Positions 27,490 through 48,130 of a DNA stretch of 64,000 bases are shown here, one piece after another (position 1 is the stretch's first letter; each line of letters opens with the position of its first letter). Location: the NCBI GenBank assembly GCA_002269645.1, contig NIVC01000342.1, positions 248,001-312,000 on the forward strand, read 5' to 3'. The DNA comes from Macrostomum lignano. Its lineage: Eukaryota. The position numbers and the translations under genes are program-made. The notes under the pieces were generated by a model that was not told where the DNA came from, did no database searches, and saw only the letters and a list, made by a program, of their open reading frames with translations.

Positions 27490-27830
27490 TATCTCTCTCC
27501 CTCTCTCACCCTCTCTCTCCCTCTCTCTCCCTCTCTCTCCCTCTGTTTCCACCTCTCTCTCCATCTCTCCCTCTTTCTCAATCTCTCACCCTCTCTCACC
27601 ATCACTGCCTTTCTCTCCATCTCTCTCCATCTCTCTCCCTCTCTCTCCCTCTCTCTCCCTCTCTCTCCCTCTCTCTCCCTCTCTCTCCCTCTCTCTCCCT
27701 CTCTCTCCATCTCTCTCCATCTTTCTTCAGATCTGTCTCTCTCTCTCTCTCTCCAAATCTCTCTGTCTCTCTCCCTCTCTCTCCATCTCTCTGTCTCTCT
27801 CCCTCTCTCTCCATCGCTCTCCCACTCTCT
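27490..27830. repeat. Pyrimidine (CTCTCTCCCT)n low-complexity tract
   Basis: Seen directly. Confidence 0.95.
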
Positions 27831-29099
27831 TTCTTACGTCTGTCTCTGCCTTCCGTAGAAGCAGCATAAAGGTATGTTTCTCGCTAAAACCTGGCCTAAT
27901 ATTTTATATTTCGTATTTCACGCCATTCAGATTTGTTTCACCAGCTCCAAAACAGATGCGCGCAATTTTGGCCCTACGCCAGTCCCCCTGGAGGCTTCGC
28001 AGGTGGCGATTTCCGGAATTGCCTGGTAGGATTTTGCTCCAGGATCTCTGGGATAAATCTCCCATCCTATGCTATTCAAATTGGTGGTGAATCTGATGCA
28101 ATGGGCACCAGCTTCCTTCCTCTTCTCCACGTGAAGTCATTAAGTCATCCTTTCTCTGATTCTTCCCACAGAAACCTTGCGATGACAAAGTGGATTCTTT
28201 CATCAGCAGCTTCTTTCCCCAATTATTTGTTCTGCCACGCTGAGAAATCCCAGGCAGCCCTCAACACGCCAGCGCTTCCCTCCCAGCGGTTGGTCGCTAC
28301 TCGCTTTATCTCGAGAGCTTCTTTCTCTGCATGTGCCTTTTTTCACTAAGATTCCATCCTAGTATATCGCATATCCCCCTGGCAACTCCGTAGCAACACA
28401 GGCGGGCTAACAAGCCAGACCCTGTCGTATCGTGCGATTCGGTTTCGGCTCTATGAAATCGCGGGTTTGGATAGCCAGAAAAAACCTTGCAACTCCTCAG
28501 AGTGATTCATAGCCCGGGACCTTCCCAGGAGATCGGAACAGGTGATGACGCCGTCTGCAATATATCTTCCAGCTTCCTACCGTTATCCAGCCTCCTTATT
28601 TCCTGCACGATGATGAAGAGGAAACAAATGAACAGACACGGAACAGCGTGGAAGATCTCTTGGCCTGCCTGCAGAGGAGCTGAGAGGCCGGCCAGGGTCC
28701 CGCGAGGATCCCCCAGTTTTGACCGGGGGACTGCCAGCTACAGGGTGATGGAGTTGAAGGACAGGCTGAGGCGCCGACAAAGCTCCGGGGTTGGGTTAGT
28801 GTTTTTGGCCAATTTATCTCAATTTCTGGGATTCCAGTCTGCAGGTGAAGCAGCGCATCCGCATGCTTATTTGGCTGGATCCGCTTTTAGTTAGACAAAT
28901 CTGCTGAACTGGTTGGTAATATATTAGGAATGACGAGCTTCTTTAGTAGTATTATTAACCTGTTCCTTATTAGAGAAGAGGCATAGCATAGTCATGCATG
29001 GAAGTGGGATATTGACCGAATATTTACCATCGCTTCCCTGTTAATCTTAATCCCTTTTCATTTCCAATTTTGTTTTCTACCAGTATATATGAACAAGTA

Positions 29100-29320
29100 A
29101 CTGACTCAGGCCTGTGAGCACACACTGAAGCGGACTCTTACCTCAGACACTGACTCATACTCAGGCCTGTACGCACACACTGAAGCGGACTCTTACCTCA
29201 GACACTGACTCAGACTCAGGCCTGTGCGCACACACTGAAGCGGACTCTTACCTCAGACACTGACTCAGACTCAGGCCTGTGCGCACACACTGAAGCGGAC
29301 TCTTACCTCAGACACTGACT
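29100..29320. repeat. 55-bp tandem repeat, about 4 copies
   Basis: TCAGGCCTG recurs at 29106, 29161, 29216 and 29271. Confidence 0.92.
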
Positions 29321-30354
29321 AGGAATTGTGATCTATAAAAGCGACTCAAACCGATAGCTAGTACATTCAATAATAGAAAGATTTTTGCTGTGCCCTCGAC
29401 TGCTTAATCCTTGCCAGCTTGCAACCAAAGCAACTCAGATTAGCGGAATGACAGAAGAAGTTGCGGATTAGCAATCCAATTGTAGAAAGGTTTGTTTACT
29501 ACAGACCCGGGTTCAAATGAAATATTTTTGCTCTGATCTGTGGGCTGCCTCCCCTCGCTCGTAGCAATCGACCCGGCACTGACCTCCTCTTATCAGCCTG
29601 GACTCAGGCGCTCCTCTGACGCGGAACAACTTGCACTGACCTCTCCCGGGGCTCTCTGTCGGCCTCCGATCCTCTCCATCTTCTCCATCTACGCCACTCT
29701 CCGTCTAAACTCCCGTGGGATCCCAGCATCCCACAGCAAGATTTGTTTCTTTTGGGCCCCCCCCCCTCTACTGGACTGCAGCAGGCTGATATTAATAACA
29801 CGGAGAGTTCTCTGATCTAGCAGGCGCAGTGGTGCAACTAACGGATGCTTGATTCAGTTCTCCAATGATTAAAATAGCCAATTATAGATGATGCAGGCCA
29901 TCTAAGACGGTTATTTAGGGAAGCAGTTGCCATGTGCTCTGCAGGGAAGACATGGCCCAGAGACTGAGTCAGTTTCCGGTCTACTCACATCTTCAGTATT
30001 CAGTATTCGGCCTCTCAGTATTTTCACGGAAGAGTCAGTCGCGATAACCGCTGCCCGTCCTGCTTCTAATTTCATAAGTGAATGAAGTTCCACGCAAGCT
30101 GTATACACAGGCCCTTTGAAAGATCTTAAAATGATTGACTAGGCTGACAAAATTCAGTCAAAGCTCGCACGCACTGGCCATGGATCTGATAGCTGCAGTC
30201 AATTCTTCAAACTGAAACAAATTATCGTAAACATTTAATATCATCAAGATAAATGTTTTAAATATAAAGGTTTGCACTTTTTTTAGAAATTCAAACTTCA
30301 GTTTGATGCCTTGCCAGTTTTAATACTGTACTGTCACGAGAATTTCAGTTCAAG

Positions 30355-31175
30355 CTAGCAATCGGCGCCCTCTGTTAGGGAGCCAACAAAGAATGGAATA
30401 AAATTTTTTAATACACTACATGTAGCTTCTGTCTTATCAGCCTTGACATCTCAGCAATTCCCCCCGTAAGCCTTGACATCTCAGCAATTCCCCCCCGTAA
30501 GCCTTGACATCTCAGCAATTCCCCCGTAAGCCTTGACATCTCAGCAATTCCCCCCGTAAGCCTTGACATCTCAGCAATTCCCCGTAAGCCTTGACATCTC
30601 AGCAATTCCCCCGTAAGCCTTGACATCTCAGCAATCCCCCCCCGTAAGCCTTGACATCTCAGCAATTCCCCCCGTAAGCCTTGACATCTCAGCAATTCCC
30701 CCGTAAGCCTTGACATCTCAGCAATTCCCCCCGCAAGCCTCGACATCTCAGAAATCCCCCGTAAGCCTTGACATCTCAGCAATTCCCCCCACAAGCTTCG
30801 ACATCTCAGAAATCCCCCGTAAGCCTCGACATCTCAGAAATCCCCCGTAAGCCTCGACATCTCAGAAATCCCCCGTAAGCCTCGACATCTCAGAAATCCT
30901 CCGTAAGCCTCGACATCTCAGAAATCCTCCGTAAGCCTCGACATCTCAGAAATCCCCCGTAAGCCTCGACATCTCAGAAATCCCCGTAAGCCTCGACATC
31001 TCAGAAATCCCCCGTAAGCCTCGACATCTCAGAAATCCCCCGTAAGCCTCGACATCTCAGAAATCCCCCGTAAGCCTCGACATCTCAGAAATCCTCCGTA
31101 AGCCTCGACATCTCAGAAACCCCCCGTAAGCCTCGACATCTCAGAAATCCCCCGTAAGCCTCGACATTTCATAAG
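30355..31175 (-). mobile_element. Non-autonomous Helitron-like element carrying a ~30-bp tandem array (GCCTTGACATCTCAGCAATTCCCCCGTAA), about 24 units
   Basis: Minus-strand 3' end: GC hairpin about 8-11 nt before terminal CTAG (30355-30358); homologous end and unit at 39839; 5' end not defined. Confidence 0.65.
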
Positions 31176-34100
31176 CCTCATAAGTCAAATAGCAGCGGCA
31201 GGTAAAACCAGATTCTTTTGCCATAGGGATTCGAGTTCAGGTCCTTTGTTGCATGAAGGTCAGTATTGTTTCTAAAGAACAGTGAAAACTCAATAGAGAA
31301 GACTTCAGACCGCAGTTAGCACTGAGATGGAGAGACAGGAATCGCATCAGCCGAAGTTCTGTTGAGAAATCCCTCAACCCTAATAGCTTGCGACAGCAGT
31401 GAATTGCGACCGCTGTCCCAACTGGGACAAAAATGAATTCAGCAATTTCGAAACTTGTCAAGGCTAAGAGAATTGCCGACAGCTCAACACCAACCCGCCC
31501 CCACCCCGGTCTAATTTTCAGCGGCCTACAGATGCCTCGATCTTCATCCAATATTCGCTGGGATTCCCCAGCTCGAGCTATATCCCGAGATTTATTCAGA
31601 ATCCGCGCAGATGAGAAATTATCGCATTCAAAGTGACTTCAGCCAGCCATCCAGGCCCTGTCCATCTCTCTCTCAATGCGGCCAGAGAGTATGACGCAAC
31701 CTCGTGCCAATAGCTATAAAGTATACAATAGCCTGCGGGGAGTTACGCTATACGCCTCCCAAGACCCAATTGGGATTTTCAAATCCCCAAGCGAATGGCT
31801 AACCCTGTTAGGAAAGGGCCAAGCTGCGAGGCAGCGGGAGCAGAAGAAAAAGAAATTGAATGCTTCATCCCCTTCCGCCTCTTCTCCCATCCGCTCCTCA
31901 AGCTGCAGCAGCAGCATTCGGGGAGCCCTCAAAATTCTATGCGCAATAACGAGTTCGCTCTCCAAAGAATCCAACAGAGCTTCCTTAAATCGCAGCACCT
32001 CCGCCAGAGACAGGCAAAATTTGAACATCGAAGGCACGCGAAATTGTGTTGTGCAACCGGAGTCTGAGTAAAAACACACACAGCAGCGACACGCGCAGTC
32101 ACAACAGACCGGGACGAAAAAAATGAAGTCAAAACGATAAAGAATTTTTTTAGCTATCCCCTTCATGGCTGCACACGCTGGACCGCCAATGTCAGCTGTC
32201 AGCTCGCCCCCCCCTCAGTGACAATTCCAAGTCAGCTGCCGACCGCCGACCTCCCAGAAGTCGCTAGGGGGGATTCGGGCTTAGCAGCTGGCTTTTAAGA
32301 GCCTCACCCGCCCCAAGTCAGCCAAGGTCAGCCGCAGGCCGGGGACCTCGTGTGCAGCAACCCCCGCCAGTCCAACAGAATCAGCGGACTTGATGGTGGC
32401 GGGTTGGCCATGAAATTCGTAAGCGTCAATTTCCAGCAGAGGGACTTACAGAATTGCAAATTTCCGAGAACTGCAGCCTCCGGGACACCCTGAAATAAGG
32501 GAGGCCAAACACTGGCCTCGGCTGCGTGACTTTCCGTGTTGACACGGACTCTCGAAGCCGCAGTCAAATCAGGAACCGCTGTCTGTTCCTGCCTGTTTTT
32601 AAACAGTTAAAAATCCTTCGAATCTAGCATTGTACTGCTGCATCTCACTCGCTAGAGTGGCTGATGCTGGCATTTCAAGGAGGCTAATTTTTCAACTTCA
32701 CATTCATTTGGCCGTCTTGCGATTCACAAGTATGAGTGCGTATTGGCGCTTTTGTATGCGATTGTAGGAATGGGCAGAATTGGCAGAATTGCCGTCAGCG
32801 CTGGTTGCGGGACCATGTGTCGCCAAAAGGCGTTGCGCCAGGGTGCCCACAACCTTGCTATGAATATCTATTTATTAGGGGTGGTATAGCCGTGTTCTTG
32901 GCTGGTACCGGTTTGAGAAAGTGGAGAAAGTCAATCCAATTCGAGAACAGGATGAAGCAGTGCAATATTTGCTCACTGCTCTGCAACAGAATCAGGACTT
33001 CACTTCATGATCAGCATTTCATTCATAATAGCCGGCCATTTCGGACAATTTGTCAACAGCAAAACAGTCAGTTTTGGGGGCGGGCAGCAGAGATGCAGTT
33101 TGATTGCAGCGGTGTCCTAAAACCAACCCCAGTGTGTTGAGTCATCCGAAATGCATTCTCAAGGTCAACTTCACTAGGGTAGCAAATATAGTACGCGCAG
33201 ACAGATGGGATTGGGGTGCGAAAGTGACCGATGGAGCCAGCAGCTCCCGCACTAGACTGTTTGAGAGCACTAGAACATTTCGACTTAGCCACGGCACATA
33301 CTAGAGGAGGGAGAGAGACAGAGTCCAATTTCAACTCAATAAGAAGGCCGAACTAGTGAGAAAGATGGTACCAGCGACCAGAAGTGCACGCATTGCTGAG
33401 ACAGTCAGTCCCACTGTTGCCGCGTATTAGTGGGCTCACATATTGAACTGGAACGAAATTAACTGCATATGCAGGTACGTACGAACTAGGAATCAAAGCA
33501 AATACAAAAAGATATCTATTTTGTGAGGATCAAAATGCGCAACGGCTGATAGGGGATGAGGCTAGGAGGCGGGGTGGTTCGGCCCTGCATTAATGTGTCG
33601 CAGAGGGCTGAGAGCGCTGCGGCAGTAACAATAACACAGAGCCAGCATCCATCCCCATCATGTGTGCCGCAGCGGATGAATCATTGATGCGGCTGGGGAA
33701 CCGACCGACCCTCTCTTCCCAGGCGGCCGTGCTCAGAACCAAGGAGGCCTAGAAACAGAAACTGGAGTTGCAGACAACTGTAGGCTGGACCGATGCTTGT
33801 AAGCTTAATCCGGTCAATCGGTCAAGGATTAACGTGAACAAAAAATTGTAGAAGTCTTAAAAATGAGAAAATTATTAAAACTGCAGTCCAGCCTAAAGTT
33901 GTCTATAAATGAGGGGGGTTTGGCCTCCTTGTCGGGAACCCACGCCCCGCTGTGACTCGCTGGGATCTCTAAAGCCAAGGGGGAAGCGAGTGGGCTTGCT
34001 AGTCTAATTTTGGCGGCGCAGGGGCTAGCAAAAAGTGTCTGAGCACAATGAAATGCGGTTTTTTTTCTACTCTTGGCTTTGAACAGGGCAATGCAGCGTT

Positions 34101-35164
34101 GGCAGCAGAAACCTGGGTAGTGCTCAGGGTGGAGGGTAGGGGATTTTCTGGGGACAAGGAACAAAGACCAGTTCCAGACAGAGGGGTGGGAGATCGGAAA
34201 GCGCCTGAAGTTGAGGAGCAGAGCGATAAAATCTCCCAGCAAAGTAAAAAATCCCCACGTGCCAGCCGGGCCTGAAACTGTCTGGTCCCAAATGGGAGAA
34301 TGCTGATGAGCGATGACTCATTGGGGACAGGATAAAGAGTTGGAGCATGGTTGCGGTGGGGAGTCCTGCCCAACCCGTATGTTGCTTTGTTGTTCTGAGT
34401 GGCATCGCTCCTAGTTGTCAGCAACTCTGTTAGACAAGTACAACTGCTCTCTGCATAGTAGTTAGTCCTAATTTTAAAATATCCCACGAAATGGGATCTG
34501 CTCCGACTAACTACCAGAGTCCTCAGTAAGCAGGGAGCTGAACTGCTCATTTACTGCGCAGTGTTCAGGCTGAGCTGAAGCTGAGCTTGACGACCCCAGG
34601 GAGCTAAAGCCAGGCGCCAGATGAGAAACGAGCTGAGCAGTCAAGGACGCGTATCGTGCTCTGTCGGCTTATAGGGCCGAAGCCTTTCTTTCACTCTTAA
34701 ACAGCGGCGAGGCAGCCAGGCTGATTCCATGCATAGATTTATTTACATATTCTATTTCGAATTGTGTACGTACAAGTTGGAATGAAAGTCCATTGCAGGA
34801 TAGTTTGTACCAGATGCGAGCCGTACATGTTATACTCGTAGCAACTTAGAACTACAAGTACAAATTAGACACAGAAATAAGCATCAACTGGGTTAATCCG
34901 TACATTAAAAAGTGGCCGCTTTAATCCAAGAGCCATAGATCTCCACTCTCTCACCACCAGTCTAAGCTGCGGCCTTGTAACGCAAATTGCATCGCCCACA
35001 GTTGAGACGCGAACCGCGGATTGCGTCACTTGGGACTGAGCTCTGGGAAAATTTGACCACCGGTTTCGGTGGAAACTTTAACATATTACTGAGTATATAT
35101 TTCATTAAATATTGATGTTTAACATGCGCTACATACTACTGCTAATTTTCTTAAGTAGTTCCTA

Positions 35165-35488
35165 GGGGGTTGTAGCTTCGTGGTTTGAGCGTCCGACTCA
35201 CGACTTGAAGGTCGGGGGTTCGATTTTCTATTCTACTGGAACAATTTGTGTCCTTGAACAAGACACTCATTGTCTTTGCTTCAGTTCACCCAGCTGTAAA
35301 ATGGGTGCCAGCATTAGCTGGGGTAATTGAGGGTGTGTGTGGCGACCCCCAGTTCTTGGACTGAACAGCCGTACGCAGCCTTCAGATGCGCCATGCAATA
35401 GCTGCGGCTGAGCTGTCGGTTGCACATCTGAGTAATTGGGGCAGGTAAAATCAATCAGTATTATTATTGTTGTTGTTATTATTAATAT
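35165..35488 (+). mobile_element. SINE family A, full length
   Basis: Same tRNA head, central domain and ATT/GTT tail as 17687. Confidence 0.92.
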
Positions 35489-35941
35489 TAACCTCCTGTT
35501 TTGAACAAGCTCACTTTCATATTAAACAGAACCTCTTCAATTAAGTCGGAGCCAAAGTGTCTATGGGCAAACCTACATGTTCCAAACTGATTTACTCAAA
35601 AAGAAAACCCTGTGCTAAGAGGATCTGTGCTATAAAGAAGAAGACCAAAAGAGACAGATCTTTTCAAGTCAAACAAAGGCTGAGGCCGGGAATGAAGACA
35701 AAGGAAGAAGTGCAAGACGAACCTTAACGATGGCATTTTGCACTGAACCGGCGTCCGATTGAGACCAATACTTCAGGGCTGAAATTAAAGGACATCTCGA
35801 ACAGTAACAGGGTGTTCTTGATCCTAAAACAGCGAACGAAAAAATGGGAAAACGAGGGGATTCTAACAATCATTTTTAGCATTGGACCTCAAAAAGGACT
35901 TCCTCTTCTTGGACAATCGTGACAACTGGCTGATAGTAAAT

Positions 35942-36017
35942 TAATACCCATGCTTTAAGGGCGTTAATGGTAAAATCAGAGCCGCCGTTAAAGCATGCCC
36001 TTAAAGCATGGGTATTA
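35942..36017. other. Perfect 21-bp inverted repeat with a 34-nt spacer
   Basis: TAATACCCATGCTTTAAGGGC (35942-35962) / GCCCTTAAAGCATGGGTATTA (35997-36017). Confidence 0.9.
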
Positions 36018-36254
36018 CTTTTATTGTGCCATAGACATTTGTCCTTGACAAAGTGGGTACAATGCTTTTTTGTAGCATCGAAGATTTAAACTGCGGCAGG
36101 AAATTCCTTCCACACTGGCACTTGTGAAGCACCAGAAGTTCGTCTCGCTCTATGCAGCGAGCCAGAATCCCTTTGACAGAATCCCTCTCAGAATCCCGCA
36201 GGACTGGTGCAGATGAAGAAGCTTGTTCTAAGTTTTAAAAAAAAAATTAATTAC

Positions 36255-36566
36255 NNNNNNNNNNNNNNNNNNNNNNNNNNNNNNNNNNNNNNNNNNNNNN
36301 NNNNNNNNNNNNNNNNNNNNNNNNNNNNNNNNNNNNNNNNNNNNNNNNNNNNNNNNNNNNNNNNNNNNNNNNNNNNNNNNNNNNNNNNNNNNNNNNNNNN
36401 NNNNNNNNNNNNNNNNNNNNNNNNNNNNNNNNNNNNNNNNNNNNNNNNNNNNNNNNNNNNNNNNNNNNNNNNNNNNNNNNNNNNNNNNNNNNNNNNNNNN
36501 NNNNNNNNNNNNNNNNNNNNNNNNNNNNNNNNNNNNNNNNNNNNNNNNNNNNNNNNNNNNNNNNNN
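36255..36566. other. Assembly gap (312 N)
   Basis: N run. Confidence 1.
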
Positions 36567-36729
36567 ATCGACCCTTGTAACAGTAGGCCTGCGGGATTAA
36601 TCAGTAGAGCAGGTAGGTGCTTAAGGAAGTTCATTGTTCACCAAATTGAGTTGATTCAATTCAATTCAATTCAATCAATCAATCAAAGTAATCAAGATCT
36701 TTGATTCCAGCCATAGAGATACTACGAGC

Positions 36730-37625
36730 TACATAGATATATGATTCGAGCCATGGAGATACTATATAGATATATGATTCAAGCCATGGAGATACTATAT
36801 AGATATATGATTCAAGCCATGGAGATACTACATAGATATATGATTCAAGCCATGGAGATACTATATAGATATATGATTCAAGCCATGGAGATACTATATA
36901 GATATATGATTCAAGCCATGGAGATACTACATAGATATATGATTCAAGCCATGGAGATACTATATAGATATATGATTCAAGCCATGGAGATACTACATAG
37001 ATATATGATTCAAGCCATGGAGATACTACATAGATATATGATTCAAGCCATGGAGATACTACATAGATATATGATTCAAGCCATGGAGATACTACATAGA
37101 TATATGATTCAAGCCATGGAGATACTATATAGATATATGATTCAAGCCATGGAGATACTACATAGATATATGATTCAAGCCATGGAGATACTACATAGAT
37201 ATATGATTCAAGCCATGGAGATACTACATAGATATATGATTCAAGCCATGGAGATACTACATAGATATATGATTCAAGCCATGGAGATACTATATAGATA
37301 TATGATTCAAGCCATGGAGATACTACATAGATATATGATTCAAGCCATGGAGATACTACATAGATATATGATTCAAGCCATGGAGATACTACATAGATAT
37401 ATGATTCAAGCCATGGAGATACTACATAGATATATGATTCAAGCCATGGAGATACTACATAGATATATGATTCAAGCCATGGAGATACTATATAGATATA
37501 TGATTCAAGCCATGGAGATACTACATAGATATATGATTCAAGCCATGGAGATACTACATAGATATATGATTCAAGCCATGGAGATACTACATAGATATAT
37601 GATTCAAGCCATGGAGATACAATAT
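36730..37625. repeat. 33-bp minisatellite (ATGATTCAAGCCATGGAGATACTACATAGATAT), about 27 near-identical units
   Basis: Seen directly; the 312-aa MIQAMEILHRY ORF is a by-product. Confidence 0.97.
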
Positions 37626-37687
37626 AGACACTGTCCGATGGTAATAATAAATGCCCAGTTTCACTCAGAGAATTCTTAAACGCGTAC

Positions 37688-45078
<7,391 letters not shown>

Positions 45079-45564
45079 TGCCTCACCGATGTTCTCACTC
45101 TCGAGCCTCTGCTGGCTGAAGGAGGGGAGGAACGTGAAGGAAGCACTGGGAAATGGAGCAGGAAAATGACTAAAGCAGCTGGGTTGCCAGTTGCTCAGGG
45201 TAGATATACTCGGCCGTGAGAGCGGACTGTGTGAGCGATGGGGGGGGTCCGGGCCAGGTACTGCACGGCGGCAATGCGCCATTGGACAATGCAGAAGCAG
45301 AATGGGTAGTGAGGGAGAGAGAGAGAACTGAAGGGGGTGGCGGGCTCGAAATGTTGACTTGTTTCAGGAGGCGGGTGCGTTGTCTGGGCTGTGAGCAGTA
45401 AAACTGGTTTAATGCCACTCCCTCATCGGCTGCCAGCAGCTGGTTCTGGCTTTGTTGAAGTGGGACTGAACTTTTAAAATATGCAGATAGCGTTGCTCAG
45501 TTAGAGGACAGCTACTTAGTAGCTAGAGCGGAGAGGGCAGGAGAGGAAAGAACAGAAGATGTAA

Positions 45565-46150
45565 TGAGATTAGATTAAAAATTAGATAAGATTGGATGAG
45601 ATGAGATGAGATTGTAGATGAGATTGGTTGAGATAGGATGATATGAGATGAGATTGAATGGGATGAGATTGGATGAGATGAGATGAGATTGGATGAGATG
45701 AGATTGGATGAAATAAGATGAGATTGGATGAGATGAGATGAGATTGGATGGGATGAGATCGGATGAAATGAGATGAGATTGGATGATATGAGATGAGATT
45801 GAATGGGATGAGATTGGATGAAATGAGATGAGATTGGATGAGATGAGATGAGATTGTAGATGAGATTGGTTGAGATTGGATGAGATGAGATTGGATGAAA
45901 TGAGATGAGATTGGATGAGATGAGATGAGATTGGATGAGATGAGATTGGATGAAATGAGATGAGATTGGATGAGATGAGATGAGATTGGATGAGATGAGA
46001 TGGGATGAAAGGAGATGAGATTGGATGAGATGAGATGAGATTGGATGAGATGAGATGAAATGAGATTAGATTAGATGAGACGAGATTAGAGGAAATTAGA
46101 TGAAAACAAGGTGAGACGAGATGAGACGAGATGAGGTGAGATTAAATGAG
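45565..46150. repeat. (GATGA/GATTG)n pentamer-based satellite
   Basis: Seen directly. Confidence 0.95.
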
Positions 46151-46578
46151 AGGAGAGGAGGAGAGACTACGAGCTAGAGCAGAAAGTTGGATATTGCCCA
46201 TGTCACACTCATGTGGATACAGCATACCCAGACTTAGATATCCCTGCACTCCACTAAGCAGAGAGGATTCAAGCAGGTATAGAGCGCACAGGACTAAGGC
46301 TGTAAACTTGATGAGCTCACGGGTGTACAGGAGATCCGGTTTGAACTGGATTTTTATTGCAATAATTTTGCCAATTCAAACAAAACTTCCGTTTATAATC
46401 CAATAAAGTCTAGTTAGAGCTTGATATTTTAATTGGAATTTTTATTGAGTCCTTGACTACGCTATGGCTGAAGAAGGCGAGCTGGCAGAGGCCAGCTACT
46501 ATTTTTAGAATTGAAGTGCACCTTAGCATCCATCCGATACACGAACGGTCACTCTGTACTTAACCAACAACAATAAAG

Positions 46579-47774
46579 CAGGGGTGTCACCATGGATTTG
46601 ATGCTGGAGGGGGAACGAAGTCAGGAATTCTTCATGTACATGACTAAATTCCTACATGTACATGAATAAATTCCTACAGGTACATGACTAAATTCCTACA
46701 TGTACATGAATAAATTCCTACAGGTACATGACTAAATTCCTACATGTACATGACTAAATTCCTACATGTACATGATTAAATTACTACATGTACATGACTA
46801 AATTCCTACATGTACATGATTAAATTCCTACATGTACATGATTAAATTCCTACATGTACATGATTAAATTCCTACATGTACATGATTAAATTCCTACATG
46901 TACATGATTAAATTCCTACATGTACATGATTAAATTCCTACATGTACATGACTAAATTCCTACATGTACATTATTAAATTCCTACATGTACATGATTAAA
47001 TTCCTACATGTACATGACTAAATTCCTACATGTACATTATTAAATTCCTACATGTACATGATTAAATTCCTACATGTACATGATTAAATTCCTACATGTA
47101 CATGACTAAATTCCTACATGTACATTATTAAATTCCTACATGTACATGATTAAATTCCTACATGTACATGATTAAATTCCTACATGTACATGATTAAATT
47201 CCTACATGTACATGATTAAATTCCTACATGTACATGACTAAATTCCTACATGTACATGACTAAATTCCTACATGTACATGACTAAATTCCTACATGTACA
47301 TGACTAAATTCCTACATGTACATGACTAAATTCCTACATGTACATGACTAAATTCCTTATTTTGGCGCCGCAGACACTCATTTTGGCGCAGCAGGCACTC
47401 ATTTTGGCGCCGCAGACACTCATTTTGGCGCCGCAGACACTCATTTTGGCGCAGCAGGCACTCATTTTGGCGCAGCAGGCACTCATTTTGGCGCCGCAGA
47501 CACTCATTTTGGCGCCGCAGACACTCATTTTGGCGCCGCAGAACACTCATTTTGGCGCCGCAGGCACTCATTTTGGCGCCGCAGGCACTCATTTTGGCGC
47601 CGCAGGCACTCATTTTGGCGCCGCAGGCTATAATTTTCAGCGCCCTGAAGCAAAATTATTGATTTCCATATCGGGTCCTGAGGTGAGGTGGGGGAAAGCA
47701 TTAACATATCCCCCCCCAAAGCTTTTACGGGGGGGGCACATGTCCTGCCTGTCCCTCTGGTGGCGACGGCCCTG
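46579..47774. mobile_element. Second copy of the hAT-type MITE, with two internal 22-bp arrays
   Basis: TIRs CAGGGGTGTCACCA / TGGCGACGGCCCTG; near-TSD ACAATAAAG (46570-46578) vs ACAATAAG (47775-47782); (ATGTACATGAYTAAATTCCTAC) about 33 units at 46634-47357, then (GCACTCATTTTGGCGCCGCAGG) about 12 units. Confidence 0.85.
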
Positions 47775-48130
47775 ACAATAAGCATAAGTAGGTATATAGT
47801 AAATCTTTTAATACCTGTCTGACAAATTCAACTGTGAAAGGTGAAAGTGAGACACGAACTCTTGAGTCATGCACTTCAGTGATGGGAATTCCAGTTCGAT
47901 CAGGAATGCAGGAGAGAGTACGCTGCTCAGAGGGGGGGGCGAGTGAGTCGCACGGGATAGAAAGAGAATAGATGGATGGATTGAGAGGAATGGGAAAGCA
48001 AGCAATCACCATGGTGACTGGGAAAAATAAACACACGCTTTTCCTCCCCTGCCCACATGTTCCCACCCCCCCCCCCCAATACTCACACCTCAGCCTCCTG
48101 CATGCTTTCCCCATTGATGAGGACCTAAAC

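Noticed and set aside
35723-35823. Candidate ADAM Cys-rich exon (PCYCSRCP..YW)
   Set aside because: Phase is incompatible with the phase-0 donor at 37688, and Cys/Trp spacing does not fit CYxGxCxxxxxQCxxxWG
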